From assembly GCA_030390025.1 (NCBI GenBank), contig CM059433.1, positions 31,994,001-32,058,000 of the forward strand: 64,000 nt of DNA, given 5' to 3'. This document shows, one piece after another, positions 62,220-64,000 of the stretch (its first letter is position 1; every line of letters begins with the position of its first letter). This stretch comes from Squalus acanthias (lineage: Eukaryota). Under the pieces are notes generated by a model. It worked only from the letters and a program-made list of their open reading frames with translations. It ran no database searches and was not told the origin of the DNA. A program made the translations under genes and the position numbers.

Positions 62220-62255
62220 TACAAGCTTTCGGAGCTGTCGCCCCTTCCTCAGGTA
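62220..62255 (-). ncRNA. Minimal hammerhead ribozyme, inverted copy
   Basis: Minus strand TAC-CTGAGGA-AGGGGCgacaGCTCC-GAAAG-CTT-GTA. Confidence 0.65.
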
Positions 62256-62486
62256 GAGTAGCTGTGAGAGAATCTCCCAGAATTCACAACATAAACACAG
62301 AAAAAATGTATTCAAATCTTTCCCTACATCAAAGACACACTAAGAGCACAGCCAAGACAATGAGATGTGTCCCAGGGGGTCCAACGTGTCAAAACACCTG
62401 CTGGCTGCATATCCTCTGCAGGTTGAGTTTGGTTCTTGTGTTAGTTTTTTTTTTAAAAAGCTGGAAAGACCGGCCATGATGTCAAG

Positions 62487-63065
62487 TCACGTTCTGTATC
62501 GTGACATGAACTCGATATCGAGATTGAGGCCATACTCATGAGTGCGGAACTTGGCTATCAGTTTCTGCTCTATGAATTTGCGCTGTCGTGTATCCTGAAG
62601 GCCGCCTTGGAGAACGCTTACCCGCAGATCCGAGGCTGAATGCCCCTGACTGCTGAAGTGTTCCCCGACTGGGAGGCAACCCTCCTGCCTGGCGATTGTT
62701 GCGCAGTGTCCGTTCATACGTTGTCTCAGTGTCTGCATGGTCTCGCCGATGTACCATGCTCTGCGGCATCCTTTACTGCAACGTATCAGGTAGACAACGT
62801 TGGCCGAGTCACATGAGTATGTACCATGTACCTGGTGGGTATTGTCCTCACGTGTGATGATGGTATCTGTGTCCATGATCTGGCATGTCTTGCAGAGGTT
62901 GCCGTGGCAGGGTTGTGTGGTGTCGTGGTTGCTGTTCTCCTGAAAGATGGGTAATCTGCTCACAGATACCATCATCACACGTGAGGACACTACCCACCAG
63001 GTACATGGTACATACTCATGTGACTCGGCCAACGTTGTCTACCTGATACGTTGCAGTAAAGGATG
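62487..63065 (-). mobile_element. Penelope GIY-YIG endonuclease fragment with an inverted 5' segment
   Basis: CKTC..NVVYLIRCSKGC..YIGET..RMNGH..HF..EQKLI..GLN; 62961-63065 is the reverse complement of 62767-62871. Confidence 0.85.
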
Positions 63066-63944
63066 GAGGGAGAAATTCGGTATCGCCCCGTTTGGGGTGC
63101 AATTATCGGCCAGGCGCAAAGTTTAGCGCCTGGCGTTAATTATCACCTCCAACTGCAAACTTGGCTTCGATCGTCCCTGGAGGTGATTAGAGCGCTAAAT
63201 CAGGCACTACACATCTCTCTTAAGGCGCTAACGCTGAGAAGCGAGGCAGTACCTCAGAGCGCTGGCAAGGCTCATGTGATGTCAGTTAGCAATGGAACAC
63301 AGACACACTGGCGCTAGCCAGTTCTTAAAAGGGAGGGTCAATCTTGATCTCGAGCCACACCCTGCCCATTGCAGCCTTGAATCTCGGCCTGGAGAGACCT
63401 GTACATCAATTCTGCTGGAAAGAACAATGGAGAGGGCCAAGGGAAAGAGCTCAGAGTGCAGCCCCCAAATCGATGCAAGGAAGGTCAAATCAAAATGAAT
63501 ATGCAAGGTGCTGCTCAGTACCCAAAACTCCTCAACACAGCGTTGAATCTCTCCAGAAGTCTCGCTCTCTCTCAGAATGCGTGGTGCAAAAATGTTGCAG
63601 ACAAAAAAAGGCAGGAAGCGGCCGACTTTAAATAGCGCTGCCCCAGTCCCTTCCCGACTGCAAAACGTTCCCCTCTACCTGTCGTTGCTAGCGGCAGGCA
63701 GAAAGGAAGGGGGCGCCATTCAATATCTGGTCCGGGACGCTACCGGGGCGTTGCACGCTCGACTGACATCACGATCTGCGGGCGCAGGAGATCCTGGCGG
63801 AAGTGTTTAGCACCGCCGCAAAATGTCTGGTCAATTTCGCGAGCAGCGCAAACATCGCCGTGCCTGGGCACTAGTTGCTTTGCGCCCCGTTAGAGCCCTC
63901 TTAGGGTGCTAACGGGAGGCGCTAATCAACTGAATTTTTCCCCC
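63066..63944. mobile_element. Harbinger-type MITE (family 1), opposite orientation to 56997-57885
   Basis: TIRs GAGGGAGAAATTC / GAATTTTTCCCCC; internal sequence is the reverse complement of the 57-kb copy. Confidence 0.8.
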
Positions 63945-64000
63945 AATGTGTCCATATATTCTCAAACTGTAACTCCCCCATATTAAGTGCCAAAATGTGC

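Overview
Repeat-dense vertebrate genomic DNA. The repeat landscape (DeuSINE/SacSINE1-like SINEs, CR1 and L2 LINEs, Penelope elements, Harbinger transposons) suggests a cartilaginous fish, and I found no host exon I could support. The centrepiece is a 14.3-kb, recently inserted endogenous retrovirus-like provirus (27454-41762). It has 1.65-kb LTRs about 99.5% identical, a 4-bp GCAG target-site duplication and a tRNA-Arg(UCG) primer-binding site that overlaps the likely gag ATG. Gag carries a PSAPPSY late domain and is joined to pol by a UGA-CUAG readthrough stop. Pol has PR-RT-tether-RNaseH-IN order with two RNase H folds. The env gene looks like a class I fusion protein of the paramyxo/pneumovirus F type with an N-terminal immunoglobulin-like domain. 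This architecture best fits a lokiretrovirus-like element. A solo LTR of a sister subfamily interrupts the integrase, and a third related solo LTR lies at 4724-6411. The window also holds an ORF1-less LINE with a tRNA-derived head, several minimal hammerhead ribozymes in Penelope termini, a two-gene Harbinger transposon with nested insertions, and Harbinger-type MITEs with covarying hairpins. All alignments and family calls were made by eye; no searches were run.
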